A stretch of 64,000 bases of DNA from a virus: the IMG/VR virus record IMGVR_UViG_3300017774_003070, positions 39,830-103,829 of that record; one strand, 5' to 3'. Of this stretch, positions 39,394 to 47,173 are shown piece by piece. A program made the translations under genes and the position numbers. The stretch's first letter is position 1. The number at the start of each line of letters is the position of its first letter. The notes beneath the pieces are model-generated. The model saw only the letters and a list, made by a program, of their open reading frames with translations, did not search any database and had not been told where the DNA came from.

Positions 39394-39893
39394 TTGGTAT
39401 GGTATTCTTTCTGCGTCCATAAATACATAAAACAGTTACAAGCTAGATGGCTCAAATGTGACAGTTTCGATTCGTCATCCACTGGATTACCTTTCAAGTA
39501 CTCAATCAAGTGTCTCCACATAGATTGAATGTAACCTTCAAGTGGAAGACCAGGAGCTATTTTAAAATTATCCCTAGCATATTTTTCAGCACCAAAAGCT
39601 AATACTCTACAAACGTCTTGTAATGCGTTCCAGGGTAAATTAATGCTCATTGCTTTGTATGGTACATTAGTATCTTCAGTGAGAGCTAAAGAGTAGAATA
39701 GAACTTCGTGAATGTCTTTCCCAATAAGCATTGAAACCAACTTTCTTCGTTGATCATCTTTGTTGGTAATTACAGGATCAGTAAACTGTTCATTCAACCA
39801 CCAAAGTAACTCATTATCCCAAGGTAAGTAAGTCCAATCTACCTTACCTTCATTATATCGTACTGCGTGTTCTAAATTACTCATGTCCTGCAT
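39390..39893 (-). CDS. dATP/dGTP diphosphohydrolase-like (DUF5664) protein
   Basis: RYNEGK..W...VLAFGAEKYARDN...S.WRHL...DDESKLSHL.H.ACN. Confidence 0.8.
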   Translation of the reverse strand: MQDMSNLEHAVRYNEGKVDWTYLPWDNELLWWLNEQFTDPVITNKDDQRRKLVSMLIGKDIHEVLFYSLALTEDTNVPYKAMSINLPWNALQDVCRVLAFGAEKYARDNFKIAPGLPLEGYIQSMWRHLIEYLKGNPVDDESKLSHLSHLACNCFMYLWTQKEYHTK

Positions 39894-39894
39894 A

Positions 39895-40395
39895 TCATTT
39901 CATTTCAAACTCATTAGTAATCTCATCAATTGAAACTACAGATTCATTTAGGTAATTAATTTGCTTGTAAGCTTCCAAGAATACTTGAAAAGTATTCATC
40001 TCCATCGTAACCAAGTTACAAACCACAGACTCTTTCTTACTAACTAATCCTTTCTTAGTCAACTCTCGCTTGGTAACTTTAGTAAAGAGAAGATTAACTC
40101 CTTTATTTACTTTCATATCCAGTAAAGCCTTGATGTCAATAGTGTAAGTTGTCTTAGTCTGGATCAGAGTCTTCTTACATTGAATGTAGATGTTAGTCAT
40201 CCAAGAAGGTAATAAAGGGCTGAAATAAACATCAACCCCCTGACCATCTAGTGGCTTGCTCATTGCTTGTGCCGTGCTAATGTTAAACTCTGAGTGGTTC
40301 TTGTTATCAAAAGGTACAAGGTTGAATACTTTAGCAAAGAAGTTAATCACCTCGTAGTTCCATTTCGACCCTGCAATCTTATTCTTGTGTGCCAT
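39895..40395 (-). CDS. Holliday junction resolvase-like PD-(D/E)xK nuclease
   Basis: NK..G..W...LD.QGVD...IQCK. Confidence 0.7.
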   Translation of the reverse strand: MAHKNKIAGSKWNYEVINFFAKVFNLVPFDNKNHSEFNISTAQAMSKPLDGQGVDVYFSPLLPSWMTNIYIQCKKTLIQTKTTYTIDIKALLDMKVNKGVNLLFTKVTKRELTKKGLVSKKESVVCNLVTMEMNTFQVFLEAYKQINYLNESVVSIDEITNEFEMK

Positions 40396-40400
40396 TATAA

Positions 40401-41291
40401 TTAAAATGGATGATCTACATCAGCTAAAATAGGCTGTGTACTTCTGTGGTAATTGTAAACAATAGTAGCATGACGGGTTACATCTTGATAATTAATATCT
40501 TGATCTTCATCCACTAGTTGATTAATGCTTGTGATATAAGTACTTAACTCCTCTGCTAGTTCTGGAAAAATTGTAGATTCATCCATACCACTAACCTCTA
40601 TAAGAACGTCCAAAGCATCTCTGTATTGCTGCTCATCAGGTTCCTGGTTGACTACAGGTAGTTCAGTCATCATTTCTCTAACCTCTTCAGTTGTAATAAC
40701 TGACTCAACTACTGGATTGTGATAGCTGTGAATTATAGTAGCATAACGAATTACCTCTTGATTACTTAGCCGAGTGTGACTCATTGACCGCATCAAGTCT
40801 ATGTAGTCAGAAAAAGGTAGATGTATATTACGTAACTGAGAAGCTTCACCTAGATATGTAGATAATCTCATTTCTTCAATAGCAGTATCGTACTCAGCTT
40901 GAGTTGGTCTAACTGTAGATTGAGGAATAATAGTCTCTTGCTTAATCTTAGCAAACTCATTCAACTGTTCTACAGTAGGTAACTTAAACATTTCCCACAG
41001 GCATACAAATTCAATCTTGTACTCTATTCCTTTCGTATGTTTCAGTATCCATATCTGCTGCTTAATCACATCAGTAATAGAGTTAGCTGAAAAGTCAAAG
41101 TAAAAGGTATCATCAATGACAATACATTTCAATTGATGCTTGTCAACTAAACCATTGTAGTAATAAGCTTTACCGTTACCTATAGTACAGTTGTTCAAAC
41201 TACACCACTTGTCAGATAAGATACTAAAGTCTTTTGTACTACCACAATAAGGTCTGTCAATCCAAAAGTCCGTTATGTCGATAGTTTGCAT
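40401..41291 (-). CDS. Hypothetical protein with two internal repeats of about 65-70 aa, overlapping the ThiF gene
   Basis: P...[EQ]Y..A...Y[IL]......Q[ED]V.R[YH]ATI...YH occurs twice. Confidence 0.6.
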   Translation of the reverse strand: MQTIDITDFWIDRPYCGSTKDFSILSDKWCSLNNCTIGNGKAYYYNGLVDKHQLKCIVIDDTFYFDFSANSITDVIKQQIWILKHTKGIEYKIEFVCLWEMFKLPTVEQLNEFAKIKQETIIPQSTVRPTQAEYDTAIEEMRLSTYLGEASQLRNIHLPFSDYIDLMRSMSHTRLSNQEVIRYATIIHSYHNPVVESVITTEEVREMMTELPVVNQEPDEQQYRDALDVLIEVSGMDESTIFPELAEELSTYITSINQLVDEDQDINYQDVTRHATIVYNYHRSTQPILADVDHPF

Positions 41292-41877
41292 CTACTAGAG
41301 TTGGGTCGATGATGAATTTATTTACAATACTCACTACACGTCCGTGGATTGACTTAGCCATGTACATCGAACTCTTAGTTGTACAAGGAACTGATTCTGT
41401 ATCAGAACCTCCTAACCAATCACGTCCATCTCCTTTCATGTACACTTGAATACTGTACATATCCGCAAGCATTCCAGGAGAGATGAATAGATCACCATCG
41501 TCAATTCTCCAACGATTGTACATGTCTTCAAGTGTTTTCCAATCATCTGCTGCTGCTATTACAATCTTGTCCAGACCGTTAGCAGCTCCCCACTTCTTAC
41601 CATAGCAATTAATGTCAGAAGTATCACCTACAAATTCAGCCATCTGGAACTTGAACGCATCAGTCTTCTTCCAACCAATGAATTTAGATTGATAGCCCTG
41701 TACACCTACATTGACAGCCTCTACAACGTCTCCGTCCCAAACTGTAAGTGTATGGCCAGCAAGAGCTAAAGTCTCAGCCACACCACGTCCTACACCTCCT
41801 AAACCAACAACTGTTATGTCCATTGGTTTAAACCAAGCGCAGTCAGAGAATCGTTTAGTTATATCAGTGTTGAGCAT
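41257..41877 (-). CDS. ThiF/E1-like adenylyltransferase
   Basis: VVGLGGVG, WDGDVVE..N...Q, K, AAD; candidate catalytic Cys in SVPCT. Confidence 0.9.
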   Translation of the reverse strand: MLNTDITKRFSDCAWFKPMDITVVGLGGVGRGVAETLALAGHTLTVWDGDVVEAVNVGVQGYQSKFIGWKKTDAFKFQMAEFVGDTSDINCYGKKWGAANGLDKIVIAAADDWKTLEDMYNRWRIDDGDLFISPGMLADMYSIQVYMKGDGRDWLGGSDTESVPCTTKSSMYMAKSIHGRVVSIVNKFIIDPTLVDANYRHNGLLD

Positions 41878-42877
41878 GTTCAGTAATTTGAATTATCTGA
41901 TTAAAGAATGGAGTCTCTTGAAGATCATTCTCAATGACCCATTCAGCCAATTGATTGAAGAATACCTCTTCAGCTTTAGTACCATACTCAGCAATCTTCT
42001 CCAGAAAGTACTCTTTGTCAATCTTGTTCTTTTGCAAGTGCATTTCAGGTACACAATTCTTAGGTAGATTGAACAAGAAGATCAGCTCGTCTTCAAAACA
42101 GTAACCGTCACCATCGTTTTCTGTATAATCTGTATTGTGAAAGTTGAATTCAGTCTGTTGAGCAAGTGTCTTAGGAGCACCATTCATGTACCAGCCAATT
42201 TGCTTATCTCCCCAATTACCTTGTACAGGAGGAAGAACTTTAGGAGTAGGTTTAACTTCAGTAAGACGTTTAGTAAACCACTCAGGATTCTGCATGTCGA
42301 TAGCAACCTTGCAGTCTTGTACAATCTTCTCGTACCCTTCTGCTACCTCGTAGGAAAATGGACGGTACTTACCTTTCTCAAGCACCTGTACAGTCTTAGT
42401 AAATGGTGCAGTCTTAACCCAACGACAAGCACGAGCATACAGTTCCATCTTATTATTGACTACAATAGATACGTACAAGTCACGTCCTTGAGCGTTGTCT
42501 TCTAAATCTTGCTGATCTGATGTCTGACCTTGGGAGAAATACGAAGGCATTGAGTGGTGCGAATGCACTTTACACTGTAGAATTCGATAACCTTTATCAA
42601 AGATTAGTTTGTCCAGTTCAGGGTATGAGTCTACCAAAGTAGCTACATCAGCATTACCTTTGAAATCAGTTGCACCTGCTGTACCAATATCCATCAAGTA
42701 AACTCCATGAACGATGATCTGTTCATTGAATAGGTTACCTTTTTTCTCATGTAGACAATAAGCAGACCATTCGAGATTACTGTACTTCTGGCACAACGTT
42801 AGCATCTGAAACAGTGCTGATTGCGTCACTATAATGTTTAAAGAATTGAGCATAGTTAAAGTATTTTTTAAGATCAA
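41864..42877 (-). CDS. JAB/MPN+ metallo-isopeptidase
   Basis: LEWSA (catalytic Glu) and HSHHSM..YFS....D; probable start 42853. Confidence 0.85.
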   Translation of the reverse strand: MILKNTLTMLNSLNIIVTQSALFQMLTLCQKYSNLEWSAYCLHEKKGNLFNEQIIVHGVYLMDIGTAGATDFKGNADVATLVDSYPELDKLIFDKGYRILQCKVHSHHSMPSYFSQGQTSDQQDLEDNAQGRDLYVSIVVNNKMELYARACRWVKTAPFTKTVQVLEKGKYRPFSYEVAEGYEKIVQDCKVAIDMQNPEWFTKRLTEVKPTPKVLPPVQGNWGDKQIGWYMNGAPKTLAQQTEFNFHNTDYTENDGDGYCFEDELIFLFNLPKNCVPEMHLQKNKIDKEYFLEKIAEYGTKAEEVFFNQLAEWVIENDLQETPFFNQIIQITEHAQH

Positions 42878-43484
42878 TGTGTTCGATTCTTGAACCTTTT
42901 GAATATTGTGTGAATTGATTATTCTTCCAAAAGAAGGTCTTAGGGTTATTTAGTTCAGTGTTACTTATTACACTATTAATATCACCTTCAAACTCTACTT
43001 TACTAAGTACAGGACAGCCTTGAGTTATGTCCATGTAAAATGTAGGAGTGAGTTGTTTGTTTAGTGAATCTTCATCTACACTCAGTTTACCAGTGTCAGG
43101 TATTGCTGTATATCTACTTGGTTCATTGTACCGTGTGATGTACTTAGCATAATAGAGTAGATCTCTACATAAACTAACTCCTCGTACATAGTCACCAGTA
43201 CAATGATCTCCTGACTCACTAACATGAGGATGAGTGTAAGCCTTCTTAGTTCCATAAACATCAGTGCGGTAGAAACTTAGATTGTATCTTTTATCTCCTC
43301 CAAACTCAAACTTAAGCCACATATGATCTACATGGTCTACTACTTTTTTCTTAGTCTCTTCTACAATGTCAAAGTCCTCAAAGTGAAGGATCAAGTTACC
43401 CTCAAAGTCACACACGTAATCATACTCAAGCTCGTCCAGTACCATCTTTACATCTTCCCATGAATCTTTAGTCCAGTTTATCAT
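42777..43484 (-). CDS. Prokaryotic E2-like (ubiquitin-conjugating fold) protein
   Basis: YTHPHVSESGDHCTG matches the E2 HPNx...GxxC signature. Confidence 0.75.
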   Translation of the reverse strand: MINWTKDSWEDVKMVLDELEYDYVCDFEGNLILHFEDFDIVEETKKKVVDHVDHMWLKFEFGGDKRYNLSFYRTDVYGTKKAYTHPHVSESGDHCTGDYVRGVSLCRDLLYYAKYITRYNEPSRYTAIPDTGKLSVDEDSLNKQLTPTFYMDITQGCPVLSKVEFEGDINSVISNTELNNPKTFFWKNNQFTQYSKGSRIEHIDLKKYFNYAQFFKHYSDAISTVSDANVVPEVQ

Positions 43485-43492
43485 TTCAGTAA

Positions 43493-43528
43493 ATTAAAAT
43501 GCCCCAACCTATTGCTAAGTCAGGGCAT
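43493..43528 (-). terminator. Terminator/attenuator between the Ubl and E2 genes
   Basis: 13-bp stem ATGCCCTGACTTA-GCAA-TAGGTTGGGGCAT followed by TTTAAT. Confidence 0.65.
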
Positions 43529-43551
43529 CTAAACAGATAAATAATAGACAA

Positions 43552-44202
43552 TTACTTCAGATCGAAGTGCTGGTTGATAAAGTCAACGTCAGCTTTGATT
43601 GAAGCTACTTCAGCAGTAAGTTCCTCGTCTACTTCAAGTGATTCTACAATGTGTTGAATGCGATCAACTTTAGCCTCAATAGCCTCAATGCGAGTAATAA
43701 TAGCTTGGAAATCATCTGCACCAACTTCAACAACTTCAGGAGAAAGAAGTTTAACGGCTTCCTCAACTACATCTACAAGCAAAGAAACAGGATAGTGAGT
43801 GTAGTTACCAATAACTGCTTTTACTTCAGCAGATACTTGGCTCAATTCACGACAAGCAGTACGCAAGTCTTTGTAAACTTGACTAACCAATGCAGACTTA
43901 GCCGCAGCAATTACTTCAGCCAATTCCTCAGTAGAGTAAGCCCGAGCCTTAGTCTCTCTTGGCTGCTGTGTGATCATAACTACAGATGTAGGATCAAGGC
44001 TGAGAACTGTATCTTCAGTCAATTCACCGTAGTTACGGCCAGCACTGTGCTTATAACTGTAATTGATAATAGTAGAACTGTCTACAGTGAAATTCAAATC
44101 ACGATTAGATAATTCTCCTTGAAGAGCTTTCAATGTAAGCTCAGTATAATCAACAATAATGCGTTCTGCATCAGAGGCACCACCAATAAATTTAATAGTC
44201 AT
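43552..44202 (-). CDS. Putative ubiquitin-like (beta-grasp) N-domain plus helical/coiled-coil C-domain
   Basis: Beta-beta-alpha-beta pattern (TIKFI...TLKALQGEL...EDTVL...VVMIT) ending near RETKAR; first gene of the E2-JAB-ThiF cluster. Confidence 0.55.
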   Translation of the reverse strand: MTIKFIGGASDAERIIVDYTELTLKALQGELSNRDLNFTVDSSTIINYSYKHSAGRNYGELTEDTVLSLDPTSVVMITQQPRETKARAYSTEELAEVIAAAKSALVSQVYKDLRTACRELSQVSAEVKAVIGNYTHYPVSLLVDVVEEAVKLLSPEVVEVGADDFQAIITRIEAIEAKVDRIQHIVESLEVDEELTAEVASIKADVDFINQHFDLK

Positions 44203-44214
44203 GTTTGTATTTAT

Positions 44215-44475
44215 TTAGCAAGGCTTTACCAGCATTGCTCTGTTTGAATGAATGTCTTCTATGTGAAAGAATCCAGTTGGAATTCCTTCTGTGTAACTAC
44301 TGTAACCTTCTAGTCCTATGAATATCTTCTCATCTATCTTCACTATTCCTTGTAGAAAGCTTAAGTGACTCTTGTTGTTGTAAAGTAATCTACAAGCCAT
44401 TCTTTCACTGTAACCTCCATATCTAGTTTGTACCAGCTTCAAGAGTAGCTTGGAGTACTCTTCTTGATTCATCAT
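44215..44475 (-). CDS. Hypothetical protein
   Basis: Probable start MMNQEEY, overlapping the primase end. Confidence 0.4.
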   Translation of the reverse strand: MMNQEEYSKLLLKLVQTRYGGYSERMACRLLYNNKSHLSFLQGIVKIDEKIFIGLEGYSSYTEGIPTGFFHIEDIHSNRAMLVKPC

Positions 44476-45313
44476 ATCCAATCTCTTTAACACAATCAGA
44501 AATATCTTTAGGATAACCATCTGGTAATACAAATGCTTCACACCCAATAGAGTTGAGATAAGCCGCATAGTTCTTACCAGGAACGTCATTGTCTACAAGA
44601 TACTTACCAATTGGTGGATTCTTTACTGATTCTGAATGAATGTATCTACTACTGTATCCTAAATTACAAAGTACCATATAATCCTTAGCTGACTTGGTAA
44701 AGACTGGTTCGGACACTAACGCTGTCATCCCACCTATTTCATTACCTGTAAAGTCAGCCAAGAATCTAAATTCGTTAAAAGGTCTGTATATCTTAACTCT
44801 GTCTGCAACGTTAATTGCATAAGTCAAGTCTGCTGGATACACTTCTGTAGACCTATAAGAGTACTGATACACAGAGTCAATCTTTTCAGATTTTAACTGA
44901 GCTGTACTTATCCCGTACTGTTCCCAATAAACCTTGTCTACTGCTGTAAACTCTTTGGGAAAGTAGTTGAGCTTGAACGGCTCTTTAGTTGGATAAGTAA
45001 TAGGACTCTGTGTATCGTACTGTAATTTGGTTTCTTTCAGACTTGAAAAATCTGAATGACTTAAAAATTTACCAATTTTAAAGCCTGTATATTTAGCTAT
45101 CTTGAATACAGTCTTCCCATGAAACATAGGATGCCCATAGTCTTGTAGATATAACCATCCATTCCATTCATATATTCTACAACCCGGTCGCCTGTCTACC
45201 CTTAATGGATTACAAAACTTCTGACCAATCTCAAGTAGAGGCATGTTCAGTACATTTCTCCACAAGCTTAATTGGTCAGTACATTTAAAGTCTATTGAAG
45301 TTTGAGGTAGCAT
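44423..45313 (-). CDS. DNA primase (crAss-type, TOPRIM)
   Basis: NPLR.D..PGC, YW.QYGI, KIYRP, TKS.KD.M, DND.PG, KDISD. Confidence 0.8.
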   Translation of the reverse strand: MLPQTSIDFKCTDQLSLWRNVLNMPLLEIGQKFCNPLRVDRRPGCRIYEWNGWLYLQDYGHPMFHGKTVFKIAKYTGFKIGKFLSHSDFSSLKETKLQYDTQSPITYPTKEPFKLNYFPKEFTAVDKVYWEQYGISTAQLKSEKIDSVYQYSYRSTEVYPADLTYAINVADRVKIYRPFNEFRFLADFTGNEIGGMTALVSEPVFTKSAKDYMVLCNLGYSSRYIHSESVKNPPIGKYLVDNDVPGKNYAAYLNSIGCEAFVLPDGYPKDISDCVKEIGYDESRRVLQATLEAGTN

Positions 45314-45333
45314 TTGGCAGGATTTAGGTTATA

Positions 45334-46128
45334 CTAGAATGGAATGTCAGAAAAGTCCTGTGGATGAATGGTATAATGAACCTTACGAGTATTACCTTCA
45401 AAGTCACGCACAAATGGACGTTTAGCATCTTGCTTTTCCATGTAGGTAATACCTTGAGTATAACCAGTACGAAGGAATTTGTCAGCCAAGCTAGTTTGTG
45501 TGTACTTACCATCTTTCTCAGTAACAGTCAACAATACGTCAATAGTTGCTTCCCACTCAGACTCTGGTTGTAGAACGTCATTCCATTCATCACCAGTCTT
45601 TACTCCTTTGTACTCTCCAAGCTTTGCAAATACTATCATCAATGCAGGAATGTCCAATGTACCATTCAAGAGATCATTAAAGGAAGTTCCATCATTTGAC
45701 TCTGTAAACAGCTTCTCAATAGTGTAGTACTTCTTGCTTGAGATGAGTGTATGAAGAAACTCATAGTATTGACGCTCACCTTTACGCGCCTTACGAGGCA
45801 ACTTATCCTCTGTCATTCCCCAAATCTGACCATCTTCACCTTGACGAATAAGATTGTCTTCTTTAGCCCACATGGCTTCAAAGATTGTCTTTCTTTTGTC
45901 AGCAGGTTGCACAGTAGCAATCCATTCAAAGTTACCATTTGGAGTCTCTACAAGCTCATTAGAAAATGGAATCTTCAAGTAGCACGAGGTCTTCCCCGTC
46001 ACTTCCTCCAAGAGAATCGACAAGTTCTGATACTCCTGATTGATCTCCATTGATTTCACTCTCATTGTGTGGTAGCCCGTCCGCAGCTGTTTCGGTTGGT
46101 ACTGTGGTTGATTCGTTGGAATTGCCAT
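45334..46128 (-). CDS. Putative single-stranded DNA-binding protein
   Basis: Between ERF and primase; RKARKGE motif; acidic DFSDIPF tail. Confidence 0.55.
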   Translation of the reverse strand: MAIPTNQPQYQPKQLRTGYHTMRVKSMEINQEYQNLSILLEEVTGKTSCYLKIPFSNELVETPNGNFEWIATVQPADKRKTIFEAMWAKEDNLIRQGEDGQIWGMTEDKLPRKARKGERQYYEFLHTLISSKKYYTIEKLFTESNDGTSFNDLLNGTLDIPALMIVFAKLGEYKGVKTGDEWNDVLQPESEWEATIDVLLTVTEKDGKYTQTSLADKFLRTGYTQGITYMEKQDAKRPFVRDFEGNTRKVHYTIHPQDFSDIPF

Positions 46129-46549
46129 TGATAACTAATTTGAATGTTTTGATTAAAACGTTTGTTCCTGATTCTGTAGCTCTTTCTCCTTCTGCTACAA
46201 GCTCTAAAAGATACTCCCCATGAAATCCAGAAAGGTCTGTTTGAAAAGTCTCAATAACAGCTTTCGTAATTTCAAGACCTGTAGTTCCAATTCTAGTGTC
46301 GTACGTCTTATTTGGAGCACATTCAGCAGAGTATGGAGATGGGGTTGTAATGTACAAAGTCCCTTCTAATTCTCGGAATAAAATGTACGAGTTTTCACTT
46401 GCAATTAACTCTACTGTCTTGCTACTTAACTTAACTTTAGGTTTACGTGGGTTAGTACTTGGAATAATTTTCACCCAAGCAGACACTTCTTTAGTGGCTC
46501 TTTTGCTCTCTCGTGGAGGCAAGGCCATCAGTTGATCCAGTAATGACAT
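45959..46549 (-). CDS. Hypothetical protein with a long acidic tail overlapping the SSB-like gene
   Basis: ORF follows ERF gene; last 170 nt overlap the next gene. Confidence 0.55.
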   Translation of the reverse strand: MSLLDQLMALPPRESKRATKEVSAWVKIIPSTNPRKPKVKLSSKTVELIASENSYILFRELEGTLYITTPSPYSAECAPNKTYDTRIGTTGLEITKAVIETFQTDLSGFHGEYLLELVAEGERATESGTNVLIKTFKLVINGNSNESTTVPTETAADGLPHNESEINGDQSGVSELVDSLGGSDGEDLVLLEDSIF

Positions 46550-46556
46550 TTAGTAA

Positions 46557-47165
46557 TTATTTAAGGTTTGGCATAGTTGCCTTAATAGCTAATTTGACTT
46601 GATCGGAAACAGTGTACTTGTCAGTAATTTGTGACCATTGAGTAAGTTCACCTTTAGTATACTGTTGTTTCAATGCTTCTGCCTCTTTACTCCCACCTAC
46701 AAGATTAGGTTTTGTTGTAGCACTTACAGGACTAGCTTTAGGAGCTTCGTAAGTGGTAACGACTGATACTCCGCTAGTAGCATTCCCATCATCGTCCTCT
46801 GCTTGAAAGTTGAACAAGCTGTTGAACATGTAACGACGATAATAAGTGATTTGCGAACCAATCTGTTGGGCTGTTTGCCCAGTCAGATTAAGCTGACATG
46901 TAAACCTAATCCATTCTCCTGATTCTACATCTGTTACTTGCATGATCAATCCATCACCTGTAAGCATAAAACCTGTTACAAGTTTAACTTCATTGAGTAC
47001 TGGAATTACTACGCTAAGAATAGAATTGAGATCTGCATACTTACTAACTTTACCATTCTGCTTGAACGCAGCATTGGCAGCAGTTTTAACTACAGACAAT
47101 TCTTTCTCTTGTACTTTAAAAATCTTAGACCAAACGTTGTTAGTCTGTTCTGATGTTTCAATCAT
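46557..47165 (-). CDS. ERF-family ssDNA annealing protein
   Basis: SKYADL...ESGEW...QQIGSQITYYRRY...AEDDDGN. Confidence 0.9.
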   Translation of the reverse strand: MIETSEQTNNVWSKIFKVQEKELSVVKTAANAAFKQNGKVSKYADLNSILSVVIPVLNEVKLVTGFMLTGDGLIMQVTDVESGEWIRFTCQLNLTGQTAQQIGSQITYYRRYMFNSLFNFQAEDDDGNATSGVSVVTTYEAPKASPVSATTKPNLVGGSKEAEALKQQYTKGELTQWSQITDKYTVSDQVKLAIKATMPNLK

Positions 47166-47173
47166 ATTACAAT

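Noticed and set aside
39390-39893. Z-base (2-aminoadenine) genome pathway
   Set aside because: No PurZ or DatZ is recognisable in this window; DUF5664 alone is insufficient.
41257-41877. ThiF as a thiamine/molybdopterin biosynthesis auxiliary gene
   Set aside because: Its neighbours are E2-like and JAB genes, with no ThiS/ThiG/MoaE context.
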